58,355 bases of DNA from Candidatus Nanopelagicales bacterium (GTDB taxonomy: Bacteria > Actinomycetota > Actinomycetes > S36-B12), in NCBI GenBank assembly GCA_044240195.1, contig JBIHZX010000004.1, forward strand, positions 1 to 58,355, given 5' to 3'. How positions within the stretch are numbered: position 1 is the first letter of the stretch; every line of letters starts with the position of its first letter. The translations under genes were made by a program, and so were the position numbers. The notes beneath the pieces were generated by a model, which was not told where the DNA came from, searched no databases, and was given only the letters and a program-made list of their open reading frames with translations. Below, one piece after another: positions 16,327 through 27,450 of this stretch.

Positions 16327-17463
16327 ATGGCCGTGGACCGACTTTATGCAGACCTTCTCCCCGGAGAAAACTTCAGTGGCGCTCTGAGAATGCGGCCGGA
16401 CGGTATCGGTTCCTACAAGCACATTGCTCGCGTTGCAATCGCCGCAACAATTGCATGGCTTATCGCTACCAATTTTTCCCAAAGCACACTCGGCATTTTC
16501 GCGCCCATCACGACCCTACTTGTTGTCCAAGCCTCGCCGTGGTCGACTCTAGGAATTTCGGCACAGCGCATTGTAGGAACCGGCCTTGGTGTCTTAGGTG
16601 CGTCAATTTGGGTAAATCTGCTAGGACTTTCATGGTGGACATTCGGGCTTGGTGTTCTCATCTCGCTCATCATTGCGCGACTGTTGCCATTTTCCGTGGG
16701 CGGCCAGATCCAAATTCCCATTGCGGTGATCTTTGTTCTCGCGATTGGGCCGAATTCAATGGAACAGGATTTGTGGCGCGTTCTTGACGTTGGAATCGGC
16801 GGTGTAGTCGGGATTGCGGCGGTATTGATCTGGCCACCAAAACCACCGATTGCATTATTTCTCACCTCACTGGCCAAGTACCGGGATGAAATCTATGAGG
16901 TACTTAAAGCCATCGGTGAAGAGTCGGGAACCGACCTGCACGGCCGGGTTCACGACTACATTCCCCAAGCCCGCAATCTGCGCGACGGGGGTCTGCAGGC
17001 GCGCGAGCAACTGACCCAGGTTTCACAGAGCACACGAGTCAATTTGCGCGCTGGAAACATTCGCGCCCAGCTTCCGCAACTAGCATTATCACTGCGCCGT
17101 CTCTTGGGATTTGCAATTCAAGTACGTGGACTCGCCGGTGTCGCCGATGCACTTTATGATCGACGATTGCCTGTTGCACTCACATCTGAGCATTTGAATG
17201 AACTCATCAACTCGCTATTGGAGCAAGCCCACACCGTTATGGGTGGTCCGGGTGAACCAATCGTGCTCGCTGGGGATGCGGGCGCACTGGACTCAAGTGA
17301 TTTTGCCGGCATGATACGAAATACTGCTGCGAATTTCGTCGCTGAGTTTGGCGCTGTCACTTCTTTGTTGGAATCCATCGCCATGCTGGGTCGATTCGAT
17401 TATTTGCGATCACAGGTGCAGGCCTACGGATCAGGTGCTCATATTTTCGACGAAGATCTGTGA
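16327..17463 (+). CDS. FUSC/aromatic acid exporter family membrane protein
   Basis: N-terminal TM block (FAPITTLLVVQ...QRIVGT..GV...RVLDVGIG...LIWPP) followed by a helical cytoplasmic domain. Confidence 0.75.
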   Translation: MAVDRLYADLLPGENFSGALRMRPDGIGSYKHIARVAIAATIAWLIATNFSQSTLGIFAPITTLLVVQASPWSTLGISAQRIVGTGLGVLGASIWVNLLGLSWWTFGLGVLISLIIARLLPFSVGGQIQIPIAVIFVLAIGPNSMEQDLWRVLDVGIGGVVGIAAVLIWPPKPPIALFLTSLAKYRDEIYEVLKAIGEESGTDLHGRVHDYIPQARNLRDGGLQAREQLTQVSQSTRVNLRAGNIRAQLPQLALSLRRLLGFAIQVRGLAGVADALYDRRLPVALTSEHLNELINSLLEQAHTVMGGPGEPIVLAGDAGALDSSDFAGMIRNTAANFVAEFGAVTSLLESIAMLGRFDYLRSQVQAYGSGAHIFDEDL

Positions 17464-17512
17464 AGAATCACAACAGTGCATTTCCCATCCGAGACCACCG
17501 GGTCGTGGGAAC

Positions 17513-18475
17513 TCACTTGTAATTGCGTGCGCGGAACATGTCCTGCAAAACAACCGATGCGGCGACCGATGCGTTCAACGATTCATTGCCCTTCGCCATT
17601 GGGATGTTGACCAACCAGTCACAGCTCTCTTTAACCAGACGGGACAGCCCGGCCCCTTCGGCGCCAATCACAATCACTATCGGGTCTCTCCACGTGTCGG
17701 CCTTGATTTCTTGCAGCGGTGTTGCGCCTTCGGATGCAAGTCCGATCACGGTAAAGCCAACCTTTTGAAGTGAGATCAGTGAGCGGTTTAGGTTGGTGAC
17801 TTGGGCAACCTTGATTCTTGTGAGCGCTCCAGCCGAAGACTTCCAAGCTGTTGCCGTCACGCCAACACTGCGTCGCTCTGGCAGCAAAATTGCTTCCGCA
17901 CCAAAGGCCGCGGCAGATCGAGAGATTGCTCCAAGGTTACGTGGGTCGGTGAGACCATCACAGGCAATAATGCAACGCGAGGATTCAATTGATTTAAGGT
18001 CCGCGTACTTGTATTCGGGGACGGTGAGAACAAGTCCTTGGTGCACGCCGCCGTCAGTCATGCGATCCAATTCTGCGCGTGGGACTTCCATGAGCGGGAT
18101 CCCCAAAGACACAGCAGTTTTCATGGCCTCTCGCCAGCGGTCATCGGTATCTGCTTTTGACTGAACATACAGGGCATTTGCGGGGACTTTCGCTCGCAAA
18201 GCTTCAACGACGGAGTTGCGTCCCATGAGCAGACTGGCGACCCGAGCCTTTGTTCGTTCGACCCTGCGGCCACCACTTCCCTCAGGATTAGTTGCAGCGC
18301 GCCGTTCAGCCGCCTTTTTTTGCTTGGCCTTGGGGTGATGCGGGCGATCAACCGCTTTAGGAGTCGGCCCGCGGCCACCGAGTTTGTCTTTACGGTTTCC
18401 GCCAGAGCCCGTACTTGCACCCTTCTTGGACCCTGGGGTACGCATTGCACCACGACGTTGGGAGTTACCAGCCAT
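17513..18475 (-). CDS. rlmB: 23S rRNA (Gm2251) methyltransferase RlmB
   Basis: GRNSVVEAL, HQG, DPRNLGA, GAEGAG, ESLNASVAA SPOUT motifs; follows cysS. Confidence 0.93.
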   Translation of the reverse strand: MAGNSQRRGAMRTPGSKKGASTGSGGNRKDKLGGRGPTPKAVDRPHHPKAKQKKAAERRAATNPEGSGGRRVERTKARVASLLMGRNSVVEALRAKVPANALYVQSKADTDDRWREAMKTAVSLGIPLMEVPRAELDRMTDGGVHQGLVLTVPEYKYADLKSIESSRCIIACDGLTDPRNLGAISRSAAAFGAEAILLPERRSVGVTATAWKSSAGALTRIKVAQVTNLNRSLISLQKVGFTVIGLASEGATPLQEIKADTWRDPIVIVIGAEGAGLSRLVKESCDWLVNIPMAKGNESLNASVAASVVLQDMFRARNYK

Positions 18476-19899
18476 TAGTTCGATTCCTTAGATTGTGGGG
18501 CACGAATGCTAAATCGCACACCCTCTTTTGTGTCTTCAAGAGCAATACCAATTCGATCCAGTTCATTACGAATCGCATCTGCTGCTTCAAAGTCTTTACG
18601 TACGCGGGCATCGGCTCGTTGATCAATTGCCACCTGAACGAGTTGGCCGATTATTTCTTGGTTCCCTGACTGCTCTTGCTTCCATTGCGGATCCAGGGGG
18701 TTCATGCCCAACACGTCGAGCATGCTTACCACGGAGACCAGATCTTCCCTCACCTCTTTCGCATTGCCTTCGGCAAGCTTGGTGTTTGCCGCTCGGACAA
18801 CCTCGTGAATTACTGCAATGGCGTTGGGGACACCAAAGTCGTTATTCATTTCAATGTCAAACTTCTCCGCGCGCGCAGTGCCGTCAACGTCAACATCCGA
18901 AATATTTAGCGCTTCCATCGCTCGGGTAATAAATCCACGAATTCTTTCGAAACCTATTCCTGCTTCTTGGACCGCCGAGTCGGAGAACTCCAACATGGAG
19001 CGGTAATGCGATCCCGCCAAGTAGTAACGCAGATGAAGTGCCGGAATTCGAGTGAGCACTTCACTGACTAAAAGCGAATTGCCAAGTGACTTACTCATTT
19101 TTTCACCAGCAGTCGTCACCCAAGCGTTATGCATCCAGTACTGGGCGAACGGATCGCCTGCAGCTTTTGATTGGGCAATTTCATTTTCGTGGTGTGGGAA
19201 AATCAAATCAATCCCACCCCCGTGAATATCAAAAGACGTGCCTAGAAATTTACGAGCCATTGCTGAACATTCGATGTGCCAACCGGGACGACCAGGACCC
19301 CATGGAGTGTCCCAGTGTGGCTCATCCGGTTTTGCGGCTTTCCACATTGCAAAATCGCGTGGATCACGTTTACCGAGCGCGACCGCATCATTGGCCGCCA
19401 ACATGTCATCAATTTTTTGGCCGCTCAAAGAGCCATAGGAAGCATCTGAGCGAACATCGAAGTAAACGTCACCTGCTTGCGCGTATCCGTGATTCGCATC
19501 AATGATTTCCTGCATCATGTCGATCATTTCGGGGATGTGACCGGTTGCGCGTGGCTCAGCCGTTGGCGGGAGGCACCCCAGCGCTTCATATGCGGCCGTG
19601 AATGCGCGTTCATTTTTAAAGGCAACAACCCAATAAGGGACGTCGTCGTGCCCAGCATTATGAATAATTTTGTCGTCAATGTCGGTCACATTGCGAACGA
19701 ATGTCACGTTATAGCCAGCAGCGGTGAGCCAACGCCTGACAACGTCAAAGGCTATGCCGCTACGAATATGACCAACATGCGGCGGGGCCTGAACCGTGGC
19801 ACCACACAGGTATATGCCAACCTTGCCACTCTCAAGGGGAACAAAATCCCGCACGGAGCGCGTTGACGTGTCATAAATCCGCAAAGTCGGTAGGGTCAC
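18475..19899 (-). CDS. cysS: Cysteine--tRNA ligase
   Basis: [37 protein letters not shown]. Confidence 0.98.
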   Translation of the reverse strand: MTLPTLRIYDTSTRSVRDFVPLESGKVGIYLCGATVQAPPHVGHIRSGIAFDVVRRWLTAAGYNVTFVRNVTDIDDKIIHNAGHDDVPYWVVAFKNERAFTAAYEALGCLPPTAEPRATGHIPEMIDMMQEIIDANHGYAQAGDVYFDVRSDASYGSLSGQKIDDMLAANDAVALGKRDPRDFAMWKAAKPDEPHWDTPWGPGRPGWHIECSAMARKFLGTSFDIHGGGIDLIFPHHENEIAQSKAAGDPFAQYWMHNAWVTTAGEKMSKSLGNSLLVSEVLTRIPALHLRYYLAGSHYRSMLEFSDSAVQEAGIGFERIRGFITRAMEALNISDVDVDGTARAEKFDIEMNNDFGVPNAIAVIHEVVRAANTKLAEGNAKEVREDLVSVVSMLDVLGMNPLDPQWKQEQSGNQEIIGQLVQVAIDQRADARVRKDFEAADAIRNELDRIGIALEDTKEGVRFSIRAPQSKESN

Positions 19900-19941
19900 T
19901 ATGCGAACATTACTAGTGTGAAGAATTTGGCTGGTAAATGC

Positions 19942-20424
19942 TTATTTTCCCATGACGCTGGCAACCGCAATTGCCGCGATTCCCTCACCACGGCCCGTAA
20001 GCCCAAGGCCATCGGAGGTGGTTCCCGAGACTCGAACGGGCGCACCGATCGCAGCACTGAGGACGTCCTCGGCCTCCTGCCTTCGAGTTCCTACTTTTGG
20101 TGAGTTGCCAATTATTTGGACTGAGACGTTAACAATTGAGAATTGATGCCCGTTAACCAACTGAGCAACATGGGACACCAGACTCACACCGGAAGCGTCG
20201 GCCCATTGTGGATCCCCCGTTCCAAAAACTGCGCCAAGGTCACCAAGGCCCGCTGCTGAGAGAAGTGCGTCACATATTGCGTGAGATGCGACGTCAGCGT
20301 CGGAGTGACCGTCGAGCCCCGGTTCACCGGGCCACAGTAGACCGGCAATCCACAATGGTCGACCGGGAGCGAACGCATGCACGTCCGTTCCAATACCTAC
20401 AAACGGGTATTTAGGTGATGACAC
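19942..20424 (-). CDS. ispF: 2-C-methyl-D-erythritol 2,4-cyclodiphosphate synthase
   Basis: GIGTDVH, GHSDADV..HA..DALL, TGRGEG; start estimated at GTG 20424. Confidence 0.95.
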   Translation of the reverse strand: MSSPKYPFVGIGTDVHAFAPGRPLWIAGLLWPGEPGLDGHSDADVASHAICDALLSAAGLGDLGAVFGTGDPQWADASGVSLVSHVAQLVNGHQFSIVNVSVQIIGNSPKVGTRRQEAEDVLSAAIGAPVRVSGTTSDGLGLTGRGEGIAAIAVASVMGK

Positions 20425-21121
20425 CGCTTGCCCTTCTTTTGGCAATAATTGTTTCTGCGATTGCAAGATCAAATGGCCGAGTGATTTTCATTGCTTCAAT
20501 GTGGCCTTCAATCACTTTCACAGTGATTCCCATCGCTTCAACGAGTCCTGCGTCATCAGTAAATATGCCTTGGGATTCATCGAGTTGCGCGTGGGCGCGC
20601 TGCAATAGTTCACGATCAAATCCTTGTGGGGTTTGAATAGCGCGCAGCGAATTACGATCAATTGTTGCCAGTACGTCACCATCATTGTTCACTTCTTTGA
20701 TGGTGTCGGTGACTGCCAACCCAGGAACCACGGCCGGGTTTCCCGCTCGAACCGCGGCAACAATGGCAGTTACTAATTCAACGGGGACCAGCGGCCGAGC
20801 GGCGTCATGAACGAGAACCACGTCAACATCTGCTGGTAACGCGATGAGCGCCCGGGCAACAGATTCTTGCCGGGTATCACCACCGGCAACAACGCTGACT
20901 TTGTCAGAGAAACTTTGCTGGGCAAGAAGTGCTGTTACTGATTCAACGTCACCGGGCGGAGCGGCCACTACAACTAGGTCGACACTGCGGGCAGACGCCA
21001 ACGTACTCACTGCATAAATAAGAATGGGTACTCCGGAAATCTCGCGTAGAGCTTTAGGCTCCCCCGGGCCAAGCCGTTCTCCACGACCAGCCGCCGGGAC
21101 AAGTGCCGCGGTGCGATTCAC
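20411..21121 (-). CDS. ispD: 2-C-methyl-D-erythritol 4-phosphate cytidylyltransferase
   Basis: [35 protein letters not shown]. Confidence 0.96.
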   Translation of the reverse strand: MNRTAALVPAAGRGERLGPGEPKALREISGVPILIYAVSTLASARSVDLVVVAAPPGDVESVTALLAQQSFSDKVSVVAGGDTRQESVARALIALPADVDVVLVHDAARPLVPVELVTAIVAAVRAGNPAVVPGLAVTDTIKEVNNDGDVLATIDRNSLRAIQTPQGFDRELLQRAHAQLDESQGIFTDDAGLVEAMGITVKVIEGHIEAMKITRPFDLAIAETIIAKRRASGVIT

Positions 21122-21134
21122 TTTCCCAACTTTC

Positions 21135-21617
21135 TTAGGAAGCTAAGACCTCATCAAGTATTTCTTCAGCCTTTACTTCGTTGGTTTTTTCAGCCAATGC
21201 AAGTTCGCTCACCAGGATCTGGCGGGCCTTAGCCAACATCCGTTTCTCGCCTGCGGAAAGTCCACGATCCTGCTCGCGACGCCACAGGTCACGAACTACT
21301 TCAGCTACCTTGATGACATCACCTGATGAAAGTTTTTCGAGATTGGCCTTGTAGCGACGGCTCCAGTTGGTTGGCTCTTCGGTGTATGGCTGGCGAAGCA
21401 CGCTAAACACACGATCCAGGCCTGCTGCGTCAACAACGTCACGAACACCCACTAGGTCGACATTGTCGGAAGGGACTCGAACCGTGAGATCCCCTTGGGC
21501 CACTCGGAGCACCAGATACTCGCGATCCTCACCCTTGATTGTCCTCATTTCGACCGCTTCGATGAGTGCGGCCCCATGATGGGGATAAACGACAGTCTCG
21601 CCGACCTTAAAAGCCAT
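21135..21617 (-). CDS. carD: CarD RNA polymerase-binding regulator
   Basis: [14 protein letters not shown]...NWSRRYKAN. Confidence 0.97.
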   Translation of the reverse strand: MAFKVGETVVYPHHGAALIEAVEMRTIKGEDREYLVLRVAQGDLTVRVPSDNVDLVGVRDVVDAAGLDRVFSVLRQPYTEEPTNWSRRYKANLEKLSSGDVIKVAEVVRDLWRREQDRGLSAGEKRMLAKARQILVSELALAEKTNEVKAEEILDEVLAS

Positions 21618-21742
21618 ATTGATGAGCCCCTTTCAGAGAACCCAACTTTACCATGGTGACCCCAGCCCACCTTCGGCAGTGAGACGCTCCCCTAAAGCCA
21701 TGAGGCAACTACCAGCGCGAATGGAATCCACCAGGGTCATCC

Positions 21743-22267
21743 TTGTATCCTGACCGCGTGAAGAAACCCGCCGAAATTAACCGCCCGGTCAAACTCCGAT
21801 CCATTTATGTGGCGGCTGCCGGACTCACCCTGCTTTCACTGTCCCTCACGGGCTGCTACAACGGTCAACAGGCCAGTACCAATGTGCAGGCAACCCAACC
21901 TTCGGGCAACGGGAATACCCTTCGAGCTGGGCAAATGACGGTTGATAATGCAACCGTCGTCCAAGACGAAGCAGGCAATGCCACGGTCCTCATGCGAATC
22001 ACAAATCAAGGTCTCGAATCGGACACATTGATGGCTGCTGTTGTGGGTGAGCAGCCGGCAACGATTACACCTGGACCCGTTGAGATTGCACCGGGTGAAT
22101 CAATTTCATTTGCCTGGGATGCTACACATTTCGTAAATCTCCCAGGACTCAACGCAACCATGAGCTCTTATGTCCCGCTGGGTCTTCAGTTTGCCATTGC
22201 CGGCATTACCGAGACTGATGTCTTGGTGGTTCCACCAACCGGCATTTACGCTGATATAAAACCGTAA
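21743..22267 (+). CDS. Lipoprotein (LpqE-like position, divergent from carD)
   Basis: Lipobox LTGC; synteny with carD. Confidence 0.65.
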   Translation: MYPDRVKKPAEINRPVKLRSIYVAAAGLTLLSLSLTGCYNGQQASTNVQATQPSGNGNTLRAGQMTVDNATVVQDEAGNATVLMRITNQGLESDTLMAAVVGEQPATITPGPVEIAPGESISFAWDATHFVNLPGLNATMSSYVPLGLQFAIAGITETDVLVVPPTGIYADIKP

Positions 22268-23011
22268 TTAAACGTACGCCGCAACAATCACGGTCAAAAT
22301 TGGCGCAATAATCAGCGCCGGCAACAGGTCACCAACGGCAACTGATTTAATGCGCAGCACGCGCAGGCCCACGCCGATCAACAACACTCCGCCGGTTGCA
22401 GTGATCGATGCAATCATTGCGCTTGACAGGAACGGGCCAACAAATACCGCGAGAATTGTGAAAAATCCTTGAACGACCCCGACGGAGATGGCCGAGGCGA
22501 TTACCCCCCAGCCGAGTGAGGCTGCAAATGCAATTGACGCGAAACCATCGAGTGACGCTTTCAGGGCCAACTGGTCAATTCCTGTGCCGAGACCGTCAGA
22601 GAGCGAACCAAGAATTGCCAGAGGACCAATACAGAAAATCAAGCTCGCGTCTACGAATCCTTCGATGAATCGAGCCCGACCCGCGGAACTTTCCCCCCGA
22701 GAGAATTTAGCTTGAAGCCACCCGCCAACTGATTCAAGTCGCGCCTCAATGCGAAGAAATGAACCGAGGATTCCCCCAATAATCAGTGAGCCCAGAACAA
22801 TAAGCAGCGTGGCTGAGCCACCCACTTCATCAATCCAATCCTGATCCCGCAGCGCGACAATATTGAGTGCCGCAATGACGAGTACAAGCATGCCAAGAGA
22901 GTCTGTGACAACAGCTCGGGTTCGCTCGGGAAGTCGGTGACCTAAACCAATGCCAATAAGTGAGCCAATAACAATTGCAACAACGTTAATGATTGTGCCT
23001 AGGCCTACCAC
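22268..23011 (-). CDS. DUF554 family membrane protein
   Basis: GTIINVVAI..GS, FCIGPLAILGS..DGL, KASLDGF. Confidence 0.88.
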   Translation of the reverse strand: MVGLGTIINVVAIVIGSLIGIGLGHRLPERTRAVVTDSLGMLVLVIAALNIVALRDQDWIDEVGGSATLLIVLGSLIIGGILGSFLRIEARLESVGGWLQAKFSRGESSAGRARFIEGFVDASLIFCIGPLAILGSLSDGLGTGIDQLALKASLDGFASIAFAASLGWGVIASAISVGVVQGFFTILAVFVGPFLSSAMIASITATGGVLLIGVGLRVLRIKSVAVGDLLPALIIAPILTVIVAAYV

Positions 23012-23040
23012 GTGAAGATCACGACCCACAGTTTATCAAA

Positions 23041-23721
23041 CTAGATGTCGAACTTGTATCCCAATCCGCGAACGGTATGAATATGACTCGGGTGTGAGGG
23101 ATCAACCTCAATTTTTGCACGTAAACGCTTGATGTGAACGTCCAACGTTTTGGTATCACCGACGTAATCTGCTCCCCAGACTCGATCAATGAGCTGGTTT
23201 CGAGTGAGTACTCTGCCCGAATTTCGTACCAAGAATTCCAGGAGGTCAAATTCCTTGAGAGGCATAGTGACATGCTCTCCGCGAACGGAGACAATATGTC
23301 GCTCAATGTCTATACGTACGGTTCCCGCTTCGATTGTTGGCGGCAATAGTTCATCTTGTTCGCCGTTGCGACGCAGAACAGCGCGAACTCGCGCTAAAAG
23401 TTCGCGCGATGAAAAAGGTTTGGTTACATAGTCGTCAGCGCCAAGTTCCAAACCAACAACTTTGTCCACTTCACCATCTTTTGCCGTCAGCATGATGATG
23501 GGGACAGTTGATTTGCCACGAATGATTCGGCACACTTCGGTACCAGAAATCCCGGGGAGCATTAAGTCAAGGAGTACCAAATCTGGACCGTGCTTGTCGA
23601 ACTCTGTAAGTGCAGCATTTCCATCTGTGGCAATAAAGACTTCGTAGCCTTCACGACGCAACATGAAAGACAGTGCGTCCGAGAATGAGTCTTCGTCTTC
23701 AACAATAAGTACTCGCGTCAC
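23041..23721 (-). CDS. regX3: OmpR-family response regulator RegX3/PhoP
   Basis: VEDE, LLDLMLPG, ELGADDYVTKPF, YVGDTKTLDVHIKRLR. Confidence 0.93.
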   Translation of the reverse strand: MTRVLIVEDEDSFSDALSFMLRREGYEVFIATDGNAALTEFDKHGPDLVLLDLMLPGISGTEVCRIIRGKSTVPIIMLTAKDGEVDKVVGLELGADDYVTKPFSSRELLARVRAVLRRNGEQDELLPPTIEAGTVRIDIERHIVSVRGEHVTMPLKEFDLLEFLVRNSGRVLTRNQLIDRVWGADYVGDTKTLDVHIKRLRAKIEVDPSHPSHIHTVRGLGYKFDI

Positions 23722-24866
23722 GAAACTTTACCTCTCACCACGGAAAGAGTGTCAACCGCGAACTCATGTGAATCACGTGAGTCGTCAAGCATCGGGTTGT
23801 AGGAAGGAATCCGCAGAGTAAATGTTGAACCTGTTCCCACTTCCGACCACACGACTACTTCTCCTCCATGGTTTTGGCAAACATGTTTCACAATGGCCAA
23901 GCCCAGGCCGGTTCCACCCGTACCGCGTGAGCGAGCGGGGTCAACCCGGTAGAAGCGTTCAAATACTCGGTCCAAGTCATGTGCAGGAATACCAATGCCG
24001 GCGTCTTTAACCGAGATTTCTACAATCCCATCAACCTCGCGCGCGGTAACCGAAACACGCGTGTTTTCCGTCGAGTAATTGATTGCATTTGTCAGCAAAT
24101 TGCGCAGGGCTGTGAGGAGTTGGCCCCGATCCCCCAAAATCACAGACTCTTGGGGGTCGCCCCGAATAATCTCAACACCCATTCCACCGGCAAGAGTTTT
24201 AACCTCCTCGATTGACCTATTGATCAATTGATCGGTTTCAACCAACTCCGCGCGGTTCATCGGGTCATCACTTTGAAGCCGCGAAAGATCTATGACGTCT
24301 TGGATCAGGTTCCCGAGCCGCTTCGCCTCAGCTTGCATTTTCTCCGCGAAGTGTTCTACCTGCTCCTTGTCATCCGCCGAAGACAACACCGCTTCAGCAA
24401 GGAGTGAGAGTGCGCCAACGGGAGTTTTCAATTCGTGGCTGACGTTGGCAACAAAATCACGCCGTACGGCATCGACTCGACGTTCTTCAGCCAGGTCGTC
24501 AATTAAAACCAGGATGGCTCCAGAGTTGAGAGGCGCAATTCGCACCTTTACTTCCAGTAACTCACGTCCTAGTGGAGGGCGGCGTACACGTAACACCTGC
24601 TCACGAGGTGAGCCGTCATCGGCAACCTGTGAAATAATTTCGGCAATATCGGGGACCGCGACCGAACTGCGGTTCACAATTCCTAAAGTGAGCGCCCGGG
24701 TACTAGCCCGAAGTACGGTGCCGTCAGGGGCCACCACGAGCGAAGCTGAGGGAACAATCGACAAAAGTCGCACAATTTCCTCTGAGACCGCGGGGTAGAT
24801 CGCCGCCGAGCGTGGGGGATTTTCCCCCTGCTCACCTCGTTGTTTTAATGCCACGACCCTTACCAT
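23718..24866 (-). CDS. senX3: Sensor histidine kinase SenX3/PhoR (start uncertain)
   Basis: RRDFVANVSHELKTP H-box, N box, FERFYRVDPARSR.TGGTGLGLAI. Confidence 0.92.
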   Translation of the reverse strand: MVRVVALKQRGEQGENPPRSAAIYPAVSEEIVRLLSIVPSASLVVAPDGTVLRASTRALTLGIVNRSSVAVPDIAEIISQVADDGSPREQVLRVRRPPLGRELLEVKVRIAPLNSGAILVLIDDLAEERRVDAVRRDFVANVSHELKTPVGALSLLAEAVLSSADDKEQVEHFAEKMQAEAKRLGNLIQDVIDLSRLQSDDPMNRAELVETDQLINRSIEEVKTLAGGMGVEIIRGDPQESVILGDRGQLLTALRNLLTNAINYSTENTRVSVTAREVDGIVEISVKDAGIGIPAHDLDRVFERFYRVDPARSRGTGGTGLGLAIVKHVCQNHGGEVVVWSEVGTGSTFTLRIPSYNPMLDDSRDSHEFAVDTLSVVRGKVS

Positions 24867-24946
24867 AGGGCTCTGGGAGAACACTGCTTCCAAAAAGTGG
24901 TCAGACACGTGAAAGTTCCGCCAAGGTTTCACCAACTGAACCTGAA

Positions 24947-24979
24947 ATTTACCTGCCGTTTGCTTGCCGGTCACTTACG
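24947..24979 (+). promoter_or_regulatory. PHO-box-like 11-bp direct repeats between senX3 and phoU
   Basis: ATTTACCTGCC GTTTGCTTGCC GGTCACTTACG; the last unit fits the Streptomyces G(G/T)TCAYYYR(G/C)G consensus. Confidence 0.55.
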
Positions 24980-25039
24980 GTGTTCGCGCATCTAAACTAT
25001 GGGCCTAGGCTTAGAGCCCTGAGAGGAAGTGAGGCCGGT

Positions 25040-25699
25040 ATGCGCAAGGCCTATGACGAGCAGGTTGAAATGATAACTGCCGACCTGGTCGAGGTAACGC
25101 GACTTGTCGGATCAGCGATGAACAGGGCAACCCAAGCGCTGCTCGATGCTGATCTTCAATTGGCTGAGGCTGTTATTGATTTTGATGCCAAAGTTGACAT
25201 ATTGACATCCGGCATTGACGAGAGGTGCTTTGAACTCATTGCACAGCAACCCGGCGTTGCCGACCTTCGGGTACTTCTCGGCGCAATGCGCATCTCCAGT
25301 TCCCTTGAACGTATGGGCGATCTCGCTGAGCACGTTGCCAAGCAGGCCCGTATGCGTCACCCCAGGGTTGCCGCACCTCAAGCGGTACGCGCAACATTCG
25401 CGGAGATGGGTGGCCTGGCTGAGGCCATTGTTTCAAAGACCGGGTCAGTTATTGCCACAAAAGATGTCAGCCTTTGTGTTGATATAGCCCGCCACGATGA
25501 AGAGATGGATCGCCTCCATCGGGAACTTTTCACCATCGTTCTCTCACCTGCATGGAAGTACGGCGTTGAAGAAGCGATCGATGTGACTTTGCTTTCTCGC
25601 TTCTACGAGCGTTATGCAGATCATGCTGTTTCCGTGTCAAAGCGCGTGGTAACCATCGTTACCGGTGAACCCTACGTCGCCGTTTCGCTTACGAATTAG
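25040..25699 (+). CDS. phoU: Phosphate signalling protein PhoU
   Basis: MRKAYDEQ..., QQP.VADLR, LERMGDLAEH, RFYERYADHAVSV; divergent from senX3. Confidence 0.95.
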   Translation: MRKAYDEQVEMITADLVEVTRLVGSAMNRATQALLDADLQLAEAVIDFDAKVDILTSGIDERCFELIAQQPGVADLRVLLGAMRISSSLERMGDLAEHVAKQARMRHPRVAAPQAVRATFAEMGGLAEAIVSKTGSVIATKDVSLCVDIARHDEEMDRLHRELFTIVLSPAWKYGVEEAIDVTLLSRFYERYADHAVSVSKRVVTIVTGEPYVAVSLTN

Positions 25700-25709
25700 G
25701 TTCTTATAA

Positions 25710-26954
25710 ATGCGCGTTGCACTGCTCTCCATCCACACATCACCGCTGGATCAACCAGGTACCGGTGACGCGGGTGGCATGAATGTTTACATTGTGGAGA
25801 CTGCAAAGCGCTTAGCTCAAAGTGGGATTGAAATTGATATTTTTACCCGGGCAACCGCCTCGCGTTTGGTTCCATCAGTTGAACTAGTGCCCGGTGTGAA
25901 GGTGATTCACATTACTGCCGGCCCATTTGAAGGGCTTCTCAAAAATGACCTTCCCGGTCAGTTGTGTGCTGTTACCGCTGGAGTACTTCGCACCGAAGCC
26001 GCGCAACCTGAGGGCTACTACGACCTCATCCACTCCCATTATTGGCTTTCCGGCCAAGTTGGGTGGCTCGCCTCCGAACGCTGGCGCGTGCCACTGCTTC
26101 ACACAATGCACACAATGGGCCGTGTAAAAAACTTGGGACTCGCGGCTGGCGAAAAAGCCGAGCCAGATATGCGGATTATTGGTGAGCAGCAAGTCGTCGA
26201 TGTAGCTCAACGCCTGATTGCCAACACCGAACTTGAAGCGACTGAACTCACGGAACATTACGGAGCAGATCCAGCAAAAATTGATGTTGTGAATCCCGGC
26301 GTTGACCTGGAACTTTTTTCTCCGGGATCACAATCCGATGCTCGTAGGGAACTCGGCATCCCGCTCGATGCCAGCATGTTGCTATTCGTTGGTCGAATTC
26401 AACCATTAAAAGCTCCCGATATTTTGATTCGAGCTGCAGCAGAACTGGTTGCCATGCGCCCCGAGTTACGCAGTTCTCTTGTTGTCGTGATTTGCGGTGG
26501 CATGTCCGGTTCGGGGATTGACCACCCTGAAGCACTGCGCGACCTGGCTAATGATCTAGGGATCCTTGATTTAATTCGATTCGAACCACCGAGCAGCCGA
26601 GAGAAGCTTGTTTCTTGGTATCGAGCGGCTGATCTGACAATTATTCCTTCATATTCTGAATCATTTGGCCTCGTCGCAGTCGAGTCCCAAGCGTGCGGCA
26701 CCCCGGTTGTCGCATCTGCTGTTGGTGGTTTGAAAACTGCAGTGGCCAACAACGTCAGTGGTCGTCTCATCGATGGCCATAACCCCATCGCTTACTCGCA
26801 CGTCATCAACCAATTACTGACAAATCCGTTGGCTCGCGAGGAACTTAGCAAAGGGGCTCGGATGCATGCGGCGGCATTTGGCTGGGAAAACACCACAGCG
26901 GGGTTGATTGATTCCTATAACCGCGCGCTAAGTACTTCACGGGTTTCCTTGTGA
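25710..26954 (+). CDS. mshA: D-inositol-3-phosphate glycosyltransferase
   Basis: HTSPLDQPGTGDAGGMNVY, HSHYWLSG, GRIQPLKAP, ESFGLVAVE. Confidence 0.96.
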   Translation: MRVALLSIHTSPLDQPGTGDAGGMNVYIVETAKRLAQSGIEIDIFTRATASRLVPSVELVPGVKVIHITAGPFEGLLKNDLPGQLCAVTAGVLRTEAAQPEGYYDLIHSHYWLSGQVGWLASERWRVPLLHTMHTMGRVKNLGLAAGEKAEPDMRIIGEQQVVDVAQRLIANTELEATELTEHYGADPAKIDVVNPGVDLELFSPGSQSDARRELGIPLDASMLLFVGRIQPLKAPDILIRAAAELVAMRPELRSSLVVVICGGMSGSGIDHPEALRDLANDLGILDLIRFEPPSSREKLVSWYRAADLTIIPSYSESFGLVAVESQACGTPVVASAVGGLKTAVANNVSGRLIDGHNPIAYSHVINQLLTNPLAREELSKGARMHAAAFGWENTTAGLIDSYNRALSTSRVSL

Positions 26955-27433
26955 ACGTAACCAGTGACATTGAAAAATTTCTCACTGACTCGAACCTCTC
27001 ATTCACCCGCAATGAAAATATCATCATCGTCACTATCCCAGGAACTCACAAGTTGAGCACTACTTGTTCCATGAGTGTTGGAACCTCAACTCTCACTTTA
27101 AATGCATTTGTTTCGCGAAAACCCGATGAAAATCACGAAGAGGTTTATCGCTGGTTACTCGAACGAAACCTAAGAATGTACGGAGTTTATTTTGCAGTCG
27201 ACAACCTCGGCGACATTTACCTCGCCGGCAGAGTGCCACTGAGCTGCGTTGATGAAGCCGAACTCGATCGACTAATCGGGTGTGTATCGCAATACTCCGA
27301 TGGCGCGTTTAATACGATACTTGAATTGGGATTTGCCACCGCAATCAGAAAAGAATGGCAGTGGCGCGTAAGTCGTGGCGAATCTACCGAAAATCTTGAT
27401 GCATTTGCCCACCTCATCGAACCTGAAGCGTGA
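26951..27433 (+). CDS. YbjN domain protein
   Basis: [26 protein letters not shown]; conserved position between mshA and gpmA. Confidence 0.85.
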   Translation: MNVTSDIEKFLTDSNLSFTRNENIIIVTIPGTHKLSTTCSMSVGTSTLTLNAFVSRKPDENHEEVYRWLLERNLRMYGVYFAVDNLGDIYLAGRVPLSCVDEAELDRLIGCVSQYSDGAFNTILELGFATAIRKEWQWRVSRGESTENLDAFAHLIEPEA

Positions 27434-27450
27434 ACCGGCAAGATATGCGC

